Part shown: one piece after another, positions 12,281 to 22,719 of the stretch
How positions within the stretch are numbered: the stretch's first letter is position 1
How the letters are laid out: every line of letters starts with the position of its first letter
Source: an uncultured Alphaproteobacteria bacterium
GTDB taxonomy: Bacteria > Pseudomonadota > Alphaproteobacteria > Sphingomonadales > Sphingomonadaceae
Assembly: GCA_963802015.1 (NCBI GenBank)
Contig: CAWDHB010000007.1
Location: forward strand, 295,809 to 359,808
Reading direction: 5' to 3'
Length of the DNA: 64,000 nucleotides
Program-made: the position numbers and the translations under genes
The notes under the pieces: model-generated
What the model saw: the letters and a program-made list of their open reading frames with translations, nothing else
Database searches by the model: none
Told to the model about the DNA's origin: nothing

Positions 12281-13669
12281 CGCGAGCAAATCGGCCGGCA
12301 CATCGAGTGTGAACCGCGCGCCCTGACCCGGCGCGCTGTCTACCGTCAGCTCACCGCCCATCGCTCGCGCCAGACGGCGCGAGATGTACAGGCCGAGGCC
12401 CGAGCCAGAAGCGTCGCTGCGTCCCAGCCGCTCGAACTTTTCGAACACCTTGGTCTGTTGTTCAATCGCCATGCCCGGCCCCTGATCGGCCACGATCACC
12501 CGGGCGCGGGCGCCCTCACCTTCCAGCCGGATCCAGACTTGCGAATCGTTGGGCGAATAGTTGATCGCGTTCCCCACCAGGTTGAGCAGAATCTGCAGCA
12601 CCCGGCGGAATTCGGCGATGGCCGGCATCGTCTCGCCCTCACGCGGGGCATCAATGGTGATTCCGCGCTCGGCGGCGCGGACGCCCAGAATCCCCGCTGC
12701 ACGGCGCGCGACATCGGCCAGGTCAATCCGGTCAGGTGCCGTATTGAAATCCTCGGATTCCACGATTTCCAGATCGGCCAGATCATCGACCAGTGACAAC
12801 AAATGCTGACCGGCGGCGGCGATATCGGCGGCATAACGGCTGTATTCCTCGGCCAGCGGTCCCGCCAGCCGGGTGCGGATCGTTTCCGCATTGGCGATGA
12901 TCCGCGCAATCGGCTGGCGCAGCACCGGGGCGACATCGCGGCCAACCAGCCCTTGACTGTTGCTCGGCATATGCCGGATCGGGACCACCTGCCGTGCAGC
13001 ACTGGGTGGCGGCTGGTCCGACAGCAGCAGCAATTCGAACCCTTGCGGATCCTGCCCCGCACCAGCGCGCGGCAGCAACCGGGCGCGCCACGGCCGCTGC
13101 GAACCCTCAACGCGCAGATTTGCCCCGTCGAGCAGGCGCCAATGCAGCGGCTGGTGGTGATTGCTACCCTCAATTTCAACAAAATCGGTCCAGTGACGGC
13201 CCTGCCCGGTCGCCATCGTGCGCGCCAGATCAGCCAGGTCACCAACACTGGCTTCGACCGAACGGACCCGCTGCTGGGCATCAAGTTCGGCGACCAGTTC
13301 GGCCACTGTCCGATCGATTTCAGCCTTGCGTTCAGCTTGCCGGTCAGCATCCTCGACTGGCAGCGGTGCCTTCTGCCAAGACCGCACCACGATCTGCAGC
13401 AGGGCAGGCTCCGCCTTGTCCGGGCTCACTTCAACCCAGGCCTGAATCCGATTTTCACCATCGCTGGCCTGGATCAGCCGCGCCAATTTGAAGCCGTAGT
13501 CGCGGGCTTTCAGCACCATCTCGCGCAGCTGCGGGATCGCGATCTCTCCGGGAATCTCACCACCGCAGCGCAGTTGCAAGTCAGCCAGCGGTTGCCCCAC
13601 CTGGACCAACCGGTTTTCCGCATCAACTGTGGCTGCGGCAATGATCTTGCCGGCATCGGCCACGGTCAC
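12248..13669 (-). CDS. Cytoplasmic histidine kinase-like protein lacking the H-box His
   Basis: Intact N (QILLNLVGNA), G1 (DQGPG), F and G2 (GSGLGL) boxes; the H-box reads DVAPVLRQPI. Confidence 0.85.
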   Translation of the reverse strand: MTVADAGKIIAAATVDAENRLVQVGQPLADLQLRCGGEIPGEIAIPQLREMVLKARDYGFKLARLIQASDGENRIQAWVEVSPDKAEPALLQIVVRSWQKAPLPVEDADRQAERKAEIDRTVAELVAELDAQQRVRSVEASVGDLADLARTMATGQGRHWTDFVEIEGSNHHQPLHWRLLDGANLRVEGSQRPWRARLLPRAGAGQDPQGFELLLLSDQPPPSAARQVVPIRHMPSNSQGLVGRDVAPVLRQPIARIIANAETIRTRLAGPLAEEYSRYAADIAAAGQHLLSLVDDLADLEIVESEDFNTAPDRIDLADVARRAAGILGVRAAERGITIDAPREGETMPAIAEFRRVLQILLNLVGNAINYSPNDSQVWIRLEGEGARARVIVADQGPGMAIEQQTKVFEKFERLGRSDASGSGLGLYISRRLARAMGGELTVDSAPGQGARFTLDVPADLLASAPKTAQHPD

Positions 13670-14634
13670 AGCCTTGGATAAGCGGCAGAATTTGCCAGCA
13701 GCGCCGCCGCCCGGTCTGCGCCCAGCGCGTCAAAGCCTTCTGGCAGTGCAATTTCGGGATGGAGCGAAAGGAATGCCTCCTCCACCGCCTGAGTCTTGAG
13801 CCCTGCCGAACGCAGCGACAAGGCCAGCCGCGCCAATTGCCCTTCATTGGTGGCGATCACGGCCATGTCGCGGTCCTGGCCAGAGCCGATCGCGAGGGCG
13901 GAGAGGAACATGGCCACACCGGCGTGGCTGACCGACAAGGCCGCCGCCGCGCCGCCGCCCATCCCGGTGATCATCCGCGCGATCAGGCCCAGACGGCTGC
14001 GGGCTTCGTCATGCTTGCCGCGAATGGCAGCCTCGGCCGCCGCCAGTTCCGGCCCGTTCGCCGCGACCGTGCGAAACGCCAGCAAAGCACCGTGCAGATA
14101 GTCCCCCGGCAATTCAGCCAAGGGCAACGCCATCCGCCGCTGCTGCTGTGCAAATCGCGCTTGTGAAGCGAGTAATGCCATCGCGATCCCCGCCGTATGT
14201 GCTTCGCTTGAGGCGATCAGGGCCTGCAACAGCGGTGACAGCACCGGATCAATCCCCAGCCGCGCCTGCATCCGTTCGGTCAATTGCCATTCGAGCGCCA
14301 AGGCGTGGCAATGGCCAACCAAGGCGGAATTCTCCACCAGGCATTCGACCAGTTCCGCAACTGCAGCGCCGTCCCGGTCGACTGGGTCGAGCTCGCCGCT
14401 GGCAAAGGCGAGCGCATCAAACAGCTGCCCGGCCACATCATTGAGCATCCCGCGAACGCGCGCGATCACCGCATCGCCGAACACCGAATGATCATTGTTG
14501 GCGAGCAGATGGCGCAGAATTGGCGCAATCGTTCCGGTCAAGGCATCGGCGTGCACCAGTTCATCCTGCAGAACGGCGTCAACAGGTCCGGGCGATTCGG
14601 CTTGGGCAGGCTTATCGGTCATGTCTGCCGCCAT
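13666..14634 (-). CDS. Hypothetical helical protein (possibly DUF2336-like)
   Basis: Intact 322-aa ORF whose stop overlaps the kinase start (GTGA); family call is tentative. Confidence 0.7.
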   Translation of the reverse strand: MAADMTDKPAQAESPGPVDAVLQDELVHADALTGTIAPILRHLLANNDHSVFGDAVIARVRGMLNDVAGQLFDALAFASGELDPVDRDGAAVAELVECLVENSALVGHCHALALEWQLTERMQARLGIDPVLSPLLQALIASSEAHTAGIAMALLASQARFAQQQRRMALPLAELPGDYLHGALLAFRTVAANGPELAAAEAAIRGKHDEARSRLGLIARMITGMGGGAAAALSVSHAGVAMFLSALAIGSGQDRDMAVIATNEGQLARLALSLRSAGLKTQAVEEAFLSLHPEIALPEGFDALGADRAAALLANSAAYPRL

Positions 14635-14645
14635 AGTTATAGTTG

Positions 14646-14661
14646 GTTAAAGCCGCGTTAG
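14646..14661 (-). promoter_or_regulatory. CtrA-like box
   Basis: Minus strand CTAA-N7-TTAAC (consensus TTAA-N7-TTAAC), 12 bp upstream of the start at 14634. Confidence 0.5.
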
Positions 14662-15830
14662 CCGGGTTTCGTCCGGGAGAACAGAATTCCGAGACCTGCG
14701 CATGCCAGAATCGCAACCTGCACGGCCACTCCGGTTGTATTCAGAGCGATCGTGGAGCCGAGCGCCAGCGCCAGCACGGTCCGATCTGCCAGCCATCCAC
14801 GCCACCGCGGCGGCGCCAGCCCCGCAACCAGCCGCAACAGCAGCAGCAGGGCCAGTGCCGGAAACACCCAATCGAACAACGACGCACCAGCCGAACGCAC
14901 CTGGCCCCAGGTCGCCAAGGCAATCAGAGCCGCATCCTGGGCGCATTCGAACGCGGTGGCCACCCATTGGCTCAGCTCTGCCCCCGGCATGATCCGCCTG
15001 ATCATGATGTGGATGGTCCAAGCCATCCCCGCCAGACCCGCAAATACCAAACCGACTACCGGATAGCCAAACCACCCGGCCCCTACCGCCAACAGCAACA
15101 GTACACCGGCTCCGACAAGCAATGACGCCATACCGCCAGCACTGTCCAGCAGCGTCGCTCCGAACGCGCGCACAACGTGGCGCATCAGCCACTGCGTCGG
15201 CGTCGCCGCGCCATCGGGTTGGGTCCGCACGGCAATCCAGTGCGCCTCGAGCCGCTCAGCCTGGGCTTCACAGCGCACTAGTGTCCAGCACGCTGCGGCC
15301 TGATCGTGCGGCGGGATCATCCGCAGCGGCACCGCCGCTTGCAGGGCAATCCGTTGCAGCGCCGAAAATACGTTCACATCGTCAGGCAAATCGGCCAGCC
15401 GCGCTACCTGACTACCGCTTAACCGCAAGATTCCGGCCGAGGCATGGTTGAGATCAATCCGTTCAAACCCGGCCGCCAACCCCGCATCGATCGGCTGGAC
15501 ATAGACCACCGGCGGCCCCGCGCGCAGATCGGGCATCAATCCGCTGGTGACGAACAGACCGTCTTCCAGCACCAGCACCGTATCATCAGCCGTAACCAAT
15601 CCGGCCAGGCCACGCGCGCCGGTGAGGCTGTGAAAGCGCGCACCGGCAGCTTCGGACAGATGCTGCAACGCGATGATGTCCGGGGTCAAGTTCACGGTGA
15701 AACAGACGATCCGCTCGCAATCCTGTCGCAGCGCAAGCTCGACTTGATGCCGCGCCAGCGACACGCCGCCAAGCCGGACCAGCGCGCGAAGAGCTTCGCT
15801 GCCGTCCAGTCGCTCTTGCACGAAAATCAA
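14658..15830 (-). CDS. Membrane protein with a degenerate nucleotidyltransferase-like N-terminus
   Basis: RALVRLGGVSLARHQVELA resembles the NTP-transferase start; the C-terminal third has about 6 TM helices; start uncertain. Confidence 0.6.
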   Translation of the reverse strand: MIFVQERLDGSEALRALVRLGGVSLARHQVELALRQDCERIVCFTVNLTPDIIALQHLSEAAGARFHSLTGARGLAGLVTADDTVLVLEDGLFVTSGLMPDLRAGPPVVYVQPIDAGLAAGFERIDLNHASAGILRLSGSQVARLADLPDDVNVFSALQRIALQAAVPLRMIPPHDQAAACWTLVRCEAQAERLEAHWIAVRTQPDGAATPTQWLMRHVVRAFGATLLDSAGGMASLLVGAGVLLLLAVGAGWFGYPVVGLVFAGLAGMAWTIHIMIRRIMPGAELSQWVATAFECAQDAALIALATWGQVRSAGASLFDWVFPALALLLLLRLVAGLAPPRWRGWLADRTVLALALGSTIALNTTGVAVQVAILACAGLGILFSRTKPG

Positions 15831-15920
15831 CGCGACACGCAGAATGCTTCTCCGCCCTTGCCCGATGCAAGGAGCGGCGTTCTAGGCCAAGGCGATCAAG
15901 CTGCCAAGCGGCAGGCGCGC

Positions 15921-16223
15921 TCAGGCTGCGGCAAACTCACCGATGAAGCTCGCGATCCGGCGCAGGACAGCTGGATCTCCGGGTGCGCCCTCGAGCGCCT
16001 CATCGGCCAGAACCAGCAATGGCCCGGCGTGAAAACTGGCGGCGAGACCTTTCAGCCGCAGCGCCGCGACCCGCCAGTTACCGTCGCAGCGTGATCGGCG
16101 GAGCAGATCGACCTGGCGTTCAGCGCTTTCGATAAAGGCCAGGCGCAGCTCGCGAAACAGCGCCGCATCTTCGCCCGCAGCAGCGGCGAGAGTGGCGTCC
16201 AGAGCTCCGGATTCGTAGACCAT
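15921..16223 (-). CDS. Hpt-like protein lacking the canonical His
   Basis: 100 aa; D..LFREL..AF...A and WRVAALRLKGLAASF (canonical Hpt is AHxLKG). Confidence 0.75.
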   Translation of the reverse strand: MVYESGALDATLAAAAGEDAALFRELRLAFIESAERQVDLLRRSRCDGNWRVAALRLKGLAASFHAGPLLVLADEALEGAPGDPAVLRRIASFIGEFAAA

Positions 16224-16245
16224 CGGCGCAGCCTAGCGGCAATGC

Positions 16246-16292
16246 GTTAATCTGGGGTTTATTGCGGCGACAAGCGTGGTATCGTTAACCAT
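16246..16292. promoter_or_regulatory. CtrA-like sites in the divergent Hpt/TipN-like promoter
   Basis: GTTAA-N7-TTTA at 16246-16261 and the ungapped TTAACCAT at 16285-16292, which overlaps the ATG. Confidence 0.5.
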
Positions 16293-18908
16293 GGCTGGGA
16301 ACCCGCAAATCACTCCGATCGACAGCACCGACGGCGAATTTATCGCCGCGCCGCTGCCCGCAGACACTGAAGCCGCAGCGGCTCCGGTGAGTGACGACTG
16401 GTGGGTGGAAGAACCATCACGCCAGCAGCACAACTCGCGCAGCTTGATCGCGGCCACGCTGGCGATCGGACTGGCATTCGGCTGGACCGGGTTCTTCGTC
16501 TGGGCCAACCGCACGGTCATACTGGCCCCGGCCAGCCCGCTCGACTGGATCGGCTGGATCAGCGATTGGGCCCTGCCCCTCGTCCTGCTGGCTTGCCTGT
16601 GGCTGATTGCAATGCGCAACAGCACCCGCGAAGCCGCGCGGTTCGGCCAGACCGCCACGGCGCTGGCTGATGAATCTGCGCGGCTCGAACTGCGGCTGAC
16701 CACGATCAACAGCGAACTTAGCCTGGCGCGCGAGTTCCTGGCTGCCCAGGCGCGCGATCTCGATTCGCTGGGCCGCGTGGCAGGCGATCGCCTGTCCGAA
16801 CACGCCGACCGCTTGAACAGTCTGATCGGCGAGAATGCCACCCGCATCGATGCCATCGGCACGGTCAGCGATGCCGCGCTCGACAATATGGAAAAGCTCC
16901 GCGGTCAATTGCCGGTGATCGCCAGCGCGGCCAAGGACGTGACCAACAACATCGGCAGCGCGGGCCGGATGGCCCATACCCAGCTGGAAGATCTGATCAC
17001 CGGCTTCACCCGGCTCAATTCGTTCGGCCAGGCAAGCGAACGCCAAGTGATTGCTCTGCGCGACATGGTCGACAGCACGCTGGGCGAATTCAGCACCCAG
17101 GCCGCGCAACTGGGAGAACTCAGCGAAGCGCGGTTCGCCGCGCTGAGCGAGCGCGGTGCGGAATTCCGTGCGCAGCTGGACAATCAGGAAATCGAAGCGC
17201 TCGCCTCGATCCGCACCCGGGCCAAGGCACTGGCCGAAGAGCTGGCCGAGTCATCCTCGGCACTGAACACGCAGGAAGCCGAGAGCCTCGCCTCGCTCCG
17301 CGCGCGGCTCAACGCTCTGCGCGATGAAAGCACCAACATGACCCGCGCCGTGCGCGATGGCGAGGCGGCCGCCGTAGCCGCCTGGCAGGGTTCGATCAGC
17401 CGGCTGGAAGCCGATCTTGCGGCCGCCGTGGCGCGGATCAGCAGCATCGACCAGCAAGCGCTCGAATCCGCGCGCAAGCGGCTGGATGAACTGACTCAGG
17501 AAGCCGAAACGCTCGACACCCGCTTTGTCGAACGCGACCGGCACTTCTCGGATGAACTGGCACAGCGTCAGACGGCAGCAAATGCGCGGCACGAAGAACA
17601 TGTCGGCAAGCTCGCCACGCTGTTCGCCGAGCTTGACCAGCAAGTGGCTGAACGGCTGGCGCAGCAGCAAGACCATGTCGACCTCGCCCGCACCCGCGCT
17701 GATACCCTGACGGGCAGATCTGGAAGGATTTGCCGCACGGATGACCGAAATCGCGGCGCTGGGCAGCACTGCCGAAGCGCAGGTTGCGGCCAGCCTTGCC
17801 GCGCTGGCGGACAAACTCACCGCCAGCCGCGAGGCCCTAACCGGTACCGATATAGCCATCGCCGAACTGACCGACTCCAGCGTGCGCCTGCTCGAACTGA
17901 TCCAGGGCAGCGTCAAGCACAGCAGCGAAGACCTGCCCAAGGCGCTGGATGTGACCGAAGCCCGGCTGGCAGCGGTGGAAGCGCGCGCCATCGCGCTGCG
18001 GGAGGTCGCGAGTGCAAGCGAAGACCATGGTGCGCGGCTGTCGGACTATGTTCTGGCCAGTACGACCGGCCTGTCTGCAAGCGGTCACGATCTGAAGACC
18101 CTGCACCACGAATTGACGCTGCAGCAGGGCGAGTTGCGGCGCGGAATCGAGGGTCTGCGCGAATCGCTGACGGCACTCGACACGCAGAGCCAGGCCGTTG
18201 CCACGCAGGCCCAAGGGGCGCTGGTCCAATCGATCACGCTGCTGACCGACAAGGCCCAAGGCGCAGTCGCGGCGATCGAGAGCGGCAGCGCCGCTTCAAT
18301 CTCCGCCCTGGCCCAGCGGCTGGGTGAGGAAAGCAGCCAGGCGATCGAAGCCGCCCTGCGCGAGCGGACGGCGGAAGCCGCCGGTCAGCTTGAGCAGGCC
18401 GCGCTCAGCGCTTCCGCTGTCAGCCGCGAGGCGGCGGTGCAGCTGCGCGATCAACTTGCCAAGGTCAGCGAGCTGGCCGGCAATCTGGAACGACGCGTGG
18501 CGCACGCCCGCGTCGCGCGCCGAAGAACAGGTCGACAATGACTTTGCCCGCCGCGTCGCCCTGATCACCGAAGGGCTCAATTCCAACGCTATCGACATCG
18601 CCCGTGTGCTCGATACCGATGTGACCGATACCGCCTGGGCCTCCTACCTGAAGGGCGACCGCGGCATCTTCACCCGCCGCGCGGTGCGTCTGCTCGATGC
18701 CGGCCAGGCCAAGGCCGTAAGCAAGGTTTACGAGGACGACGCTGGTTTCCGCGATCACGTCAGCCGCTATATCCATGATTTCGAAGCGATGCTGCGCCAG
18801 TTGCTGTCCACCCGCGATGGCCACGCGCTGGGAGTGACGCTGCTGTCTTCAGACATGGGCAAGCTCTACGTCGCGCTCGCTCAGGCGATCGAGCGGTTGC
18901 GGAACTAG
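16291..18908 (+). CDS. Membrane-anchored long coiled-coil protein, TipN-like (frameshifted)
   Basis: Two N-terminal TMs, about 700 aa of coiled coil, C-terminus W..Y..GDRGIFTRR...YIHDFEAML...LLSSDMGKLYVALAQA. Confidence 0.7.
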
Positions 18909-19003
18909 CGGCTGCTGCGGTCAGATTTTCCTACAACGGCTCGGTCTGTTAGGAAGAGTGCTCACTGAGCGACTGCGTGCGCCAATTTCGATTTTTTGCA
19001 ATG

Positions 19004-19090
19004 TGTCACCCTGCAAAAAACAACTAAATTATTGTAAGGAAAATGAAATGTTGCTCGTCTTAGGGTGACGCTGTCACCCTGTTGTCACCT
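19004..19090. repeat. Cluster of GTCACC(CT) motifs around an AT-rich core
   Basis: TGTCACCCT at 19004, AGGGTGAC at 19062, TGTCACCCT at 19072, TGTCACCT at 19083. Confidence 0.6.
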
Positions 19091-19201
19091 TTGCGGTTTG
19101 GATCGAACCATCCCTATCCCGTTCGGAATGGCTGACGGTTGAAGCAGCCTGATCTCGTCTTGCCCAAGGCTCAAACCCTACTCCACGAACAGGCACGCCA
19201 T

Positions 19202-19231
19202 CGTCATTGCGAGCGCGGCGAAGCAATCCAG
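19202..19231. repeat. Solo CGTC-tagged palindrome just after the stop of the DUF1467 gene
   Basis: CGTCATTGCGAGCGCGGCGAAGCAATCCAG (ATTGC...GCAAT stem). Confidence 0.6.
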
Positions 19232-19237
19232 GACCGC

Positions 19238-19504
19238 TCAGACCCAGCGCGTGACGTCGAGCATCTCGACCTTGATCCAGTCCTGGGTGTAGTTGAGATA
19301 GAACAGGCCGAACAGCACCAGCGCGAGCAGGGTCGCGCGTTTGGCGACGCGGGCGACGCTGAAGCTGGCTGGAGCGCTGTCGGCCTGGCCCGCCACTTTT
19401 GCTACGCCCGCTTCATCGGCAGTGCGCACACCGAAGGGCAGGACCAGGAACGCGCTCATCACCCAGAACAGCACAAAGATCGCGGCAATCGAGGTCAGTT
19501 TCAT
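19238..19504 (-). CDS. DUF1467 family membrane protein
   Basis: AIFVLFW...FLVLPFGVRT..E.G...VAGQADSAP; usual position after rnj. Confidence 0.85.
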   Translation of the reverse strand: MKLTSIAAIFVLFWVMSAFLVLPFGVRTADEAGVAKVAGQADSAPASFSVARVAKRATLLALVLFGLFYLNYTQDWIKVEMLDVTRWV

Positions 19505-19508
19505 CGCC

Positions 19509-21156
19509 TCACCCCTCGGTCATGATCACTTTGACTTGCGGCTTCTTGCCTGACCAGCGCTGCGCCGCCGGCGCGCCGCAAGCCGGGCGGCTTCGCTGAT
19601 CACATCGCGATCATGGCGCTGACCGCCCTTGAGCTTGGCCAGCGCCGCCGCCACGTCTTCACGCGCTTCGGCGACGAAATCAGCGTAGTCTTCATCAAGC
19701 GGCAGGCCGATGCCTTCGACCTCAACCCGGCCTTTGCCGCCCAGCACGACGATCGACGATGCCGTTCTGCGCCAGCCGCCGCCGCATCACGATCGCTTCG
19801 CCATCGGCAGGCGCAGATGATGTCGCCATCGAGGATCAGGCGGCCTGCGCGCACTTCTGCTGAGCTTGCCGGGCTTGCCCGGGGCCAAGCCGGCACAAGA
19901 TCGCCGTTCTGCTGCGTCACCGCCTTGGGGATCCCGCAGGCAAGGCCGAGCCGCGCCCTGTTCCTTCATGTGGCGCACTTCACCGTGGACCGGGACCAGA
20001 ATTTCCGGGCGGATCCAGCTATACAATGCTTCCAGCTCTGGCCGACCGGGGTGGCCGGAGACGTGTATTTCGGCCTGACGGTCGGTAACGATGGTGACGT
20101 GCTGCCCCGCCAGCCGGTTCTGGATTCGGCCAATCGCGACCTCGTTGCCCGGGATCTGGCGGCTGGAAAACAGCACGACATCGCCCGCTTCCAGCGCGAT
20201 CTGGTGATTGCCTTCGCTGATCCGGCCCAGCGCCGCGCGCGGCTCGCCCTGCCCGCCCGTAGCGACAATCAGCACTTCGCCGCGCGGCAGGTTCATTGCC
20301 GTATCGAAGTCGACGATCTGCGGCAGGTCCTGCAGATAGCCGCAGGCCTTGGCCGTCGCGGATGATCCGGTCAAGCGAGCGGCCCGCGACGCAGAGCTTG
20401 CGGTTGCTGGCCTTGGCGACCTCCCCCAGCGTATCCAGCCGCGCAACGTTGGAGGCGAAGGTGGTGACCAGCACCCGCTTGCCGCGATGGCGCGCCACCT
20501 CGGCGATCAGTGCGCGGCGCACTTCGCCTTCGGAGCCCGAGGCCTTCGGATTGAACACGTTGGTCGAATCGCAGACCAGCGCCAGCACGCCCGCATCGCC
20601 AATCGCGGTCAGTTCGGCCTGGGTGGCCGGGGTGCCGACCAGCGGCTCGTCATCCAGCTTCCAGTCGCCGGTGTGGAAGATATTGCCGTAAGGCGTATCG
20701 ATCAGCAGCGCGTTGCCCTCGGCAATCGAGTGCGCCAGCGGCACATAACGGATCCCGAACGGGCCGAGCTCGAACCGGTCGAGATGGTCGATCACGTTCA
20801 GCTTCACGCGCTTGGCGATCCGCGCCTCTTCCAGCTTTTCGTTGACCAGCTTGGCGGTAAACGGCGTCGCGATAAAGCGGCACGCCCAGTTCTTCCGCGA
20901 AATAGGGCACCGCGCCGATATGATCTTCATGCGCGTGCGTCAGCACGATGCCGATCAGATCATCCTTGCGCGCCTCGATGAAATCGAGATCGGCGAAGAC
21001 CAGTTCGGTACCGGGATATTCGTTCGCGCCAAAGGTCATGCCCAGATCGACCATCAGCCACTTGCCGTTGCAGCCGTACAGGTTGACGTTCATGCCGATT
21101 TCGCCCGAGCCACCAAGCGCGAGGAACAGCAGTTCTTTTCCGGGTTTCACTGACAA
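19509..21156 (-). CDS. rnj: Ribonuclease J (frameshifted)
   Basis: LGGSGEIGMN, THAHEDHIG, HTGDWK, TTFASNVAR, TGGQGEP, HVSGH, PVHGE. Confidence 0.93.
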
Positions 21157-21186
21157 TCGCCTTCAAATTACGCAGTATGCGCCGCG

Positions 21187-21973
21187 TTATGCCGCATCCT
21201 TACGCCGTGCGTAGAGCAGCGCAAGCCCGCGCAGGGTGAGATCGGGCTCGACCCGGTCAAACAGGTGGCCGTGCTGCTGAAACAGCGCCGCGAGTCCGCC
21301 AGTTGCGATCACCTTGACCGGTCGGCCAATTTCGGCCTTCATCCGCGCGACCATGCCTTCGATCAGGCTGACATAGCCCCAGTAGATCCCGATCTGCATC
21401 TGCCCAACGGTGTCGCGGCCGATCACGCTGGCAGTCGGCGGCGGTTCGATCCCGATCCGCGGCAGCATCGCGGCGGCGCTGTACAGCGCATCAAGCGACA
21501 GGTTGACCCCGGCGAAATGCTGCCGCCCATATAGGCCCCGTCGGCGGCGATATGGTCAAAGGTGGTAGCGGTGCCAAAGCTGATCACGATCTTGTCGCCG
21601 GCCTCCAGCGCTTGCGCGGCAATGGCATTGACCGCGCGGTCTGCCCCGAGCGCTTTAGGCTCATCGACCTTGAGCGCGATGCCCCATTCGACCGGCGCGC
21701 GCCCGGCAATCAGCGGCTTCGGTGCCGAAATACTTCTGCGCCAGCACTTGCAGGTTATAGAGCGCGCGCGGGACGACCGTGGCGATGATCACCGCAGTCG
21801 ACATCGCTGCGGGCAAAGCCTTCCATCCGCAGCAGCTGGTCGAGCCACACCGCATATTCATCCGCCGTGCGCTTGGCGTCGGTGGCGATCCGCCAGCCGT
21901 GCAGAATCGCGCCGGCATCATCGACCAGCGCGAACTTGACATTGGTGTTGCCGTTATCAACCGCGAGCAGCAT
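21187..21973 (-). CDS. coaX: Type III pantothenate kinase (frameshifted)
   Basis: [34 protein letters not shown]. Confidence 0.9.
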
Positions 21974-21984
21974 CGCCCCGTCCC

Positions 21985-22719
21985 TCAGTCTCGTGCGCGG
22001 CCAGGCGAACTTCGCCCGCGTGGATCACCCGCGTCGTGCCGTCCGCCAGCCGCAGTTGCAAGGCCCCATCGCTGGTCAGGCCCGCGAATGCTTCCGGCAA
22101 GCGGGGTCTCGCCCGGCTCACCAACCTGCAGCGGCGTGCCGAGCGGATGGCCGCCAGCCAGCCAGCGCGCGACCAGCGGCTCCAGGCCGTACGGTCCGCC
22201 AGCGCTCGATTTCGCTGGCAAAGCAGCGCGCCAGGCTGGCGGCGAACAGATCGCGATCCGGTGCACGGGCCGTAGACGCGGAGAGCGCGATCGTCGCCCG
22301 GTCCGGCAGATCAGGCGCGGCGGCCAGATTGACCCCGATCCCGACGATCACGACATCGCCCACCCGTTCCAGCAGGATGCCAGCCAGAGCTTGGCTGCGC
22401 CGATCAGCACATCGTTGGGCCATTTGAGCATCGGCGCGATCCGGCGGCGGGATCAGCGGCGCGACTGGCTTCATCAGACGGCGAGACCCGGCGACCAAAG
22501 CCAGCGTGCCAGCCGGAGGATCGCCACCGACCAAGGTGAACCGCGGTCGAGCCCATGAAGTTGCCCGCGCCATCGAACCACGCCCGGCCTTGCCGTCCGC
22601 GCCCGGCGGTCTGGCGGTCGGCGATCAGCCACTCGCCCTCTGGCACATAGTCCGCCCGCCGCTAGGCGCGCAGACAAGTCCGCGTTGGTCGAGCCGGTCG
22701 CGGGGACGATGCGGATCAA
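21985..22719 (-). CDS. birA: Biotin--[acetyl-CoA carboxylase] ligase (frameshifted)
   Basis: [30 protein letters not shown]. Confidence 0.88.
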
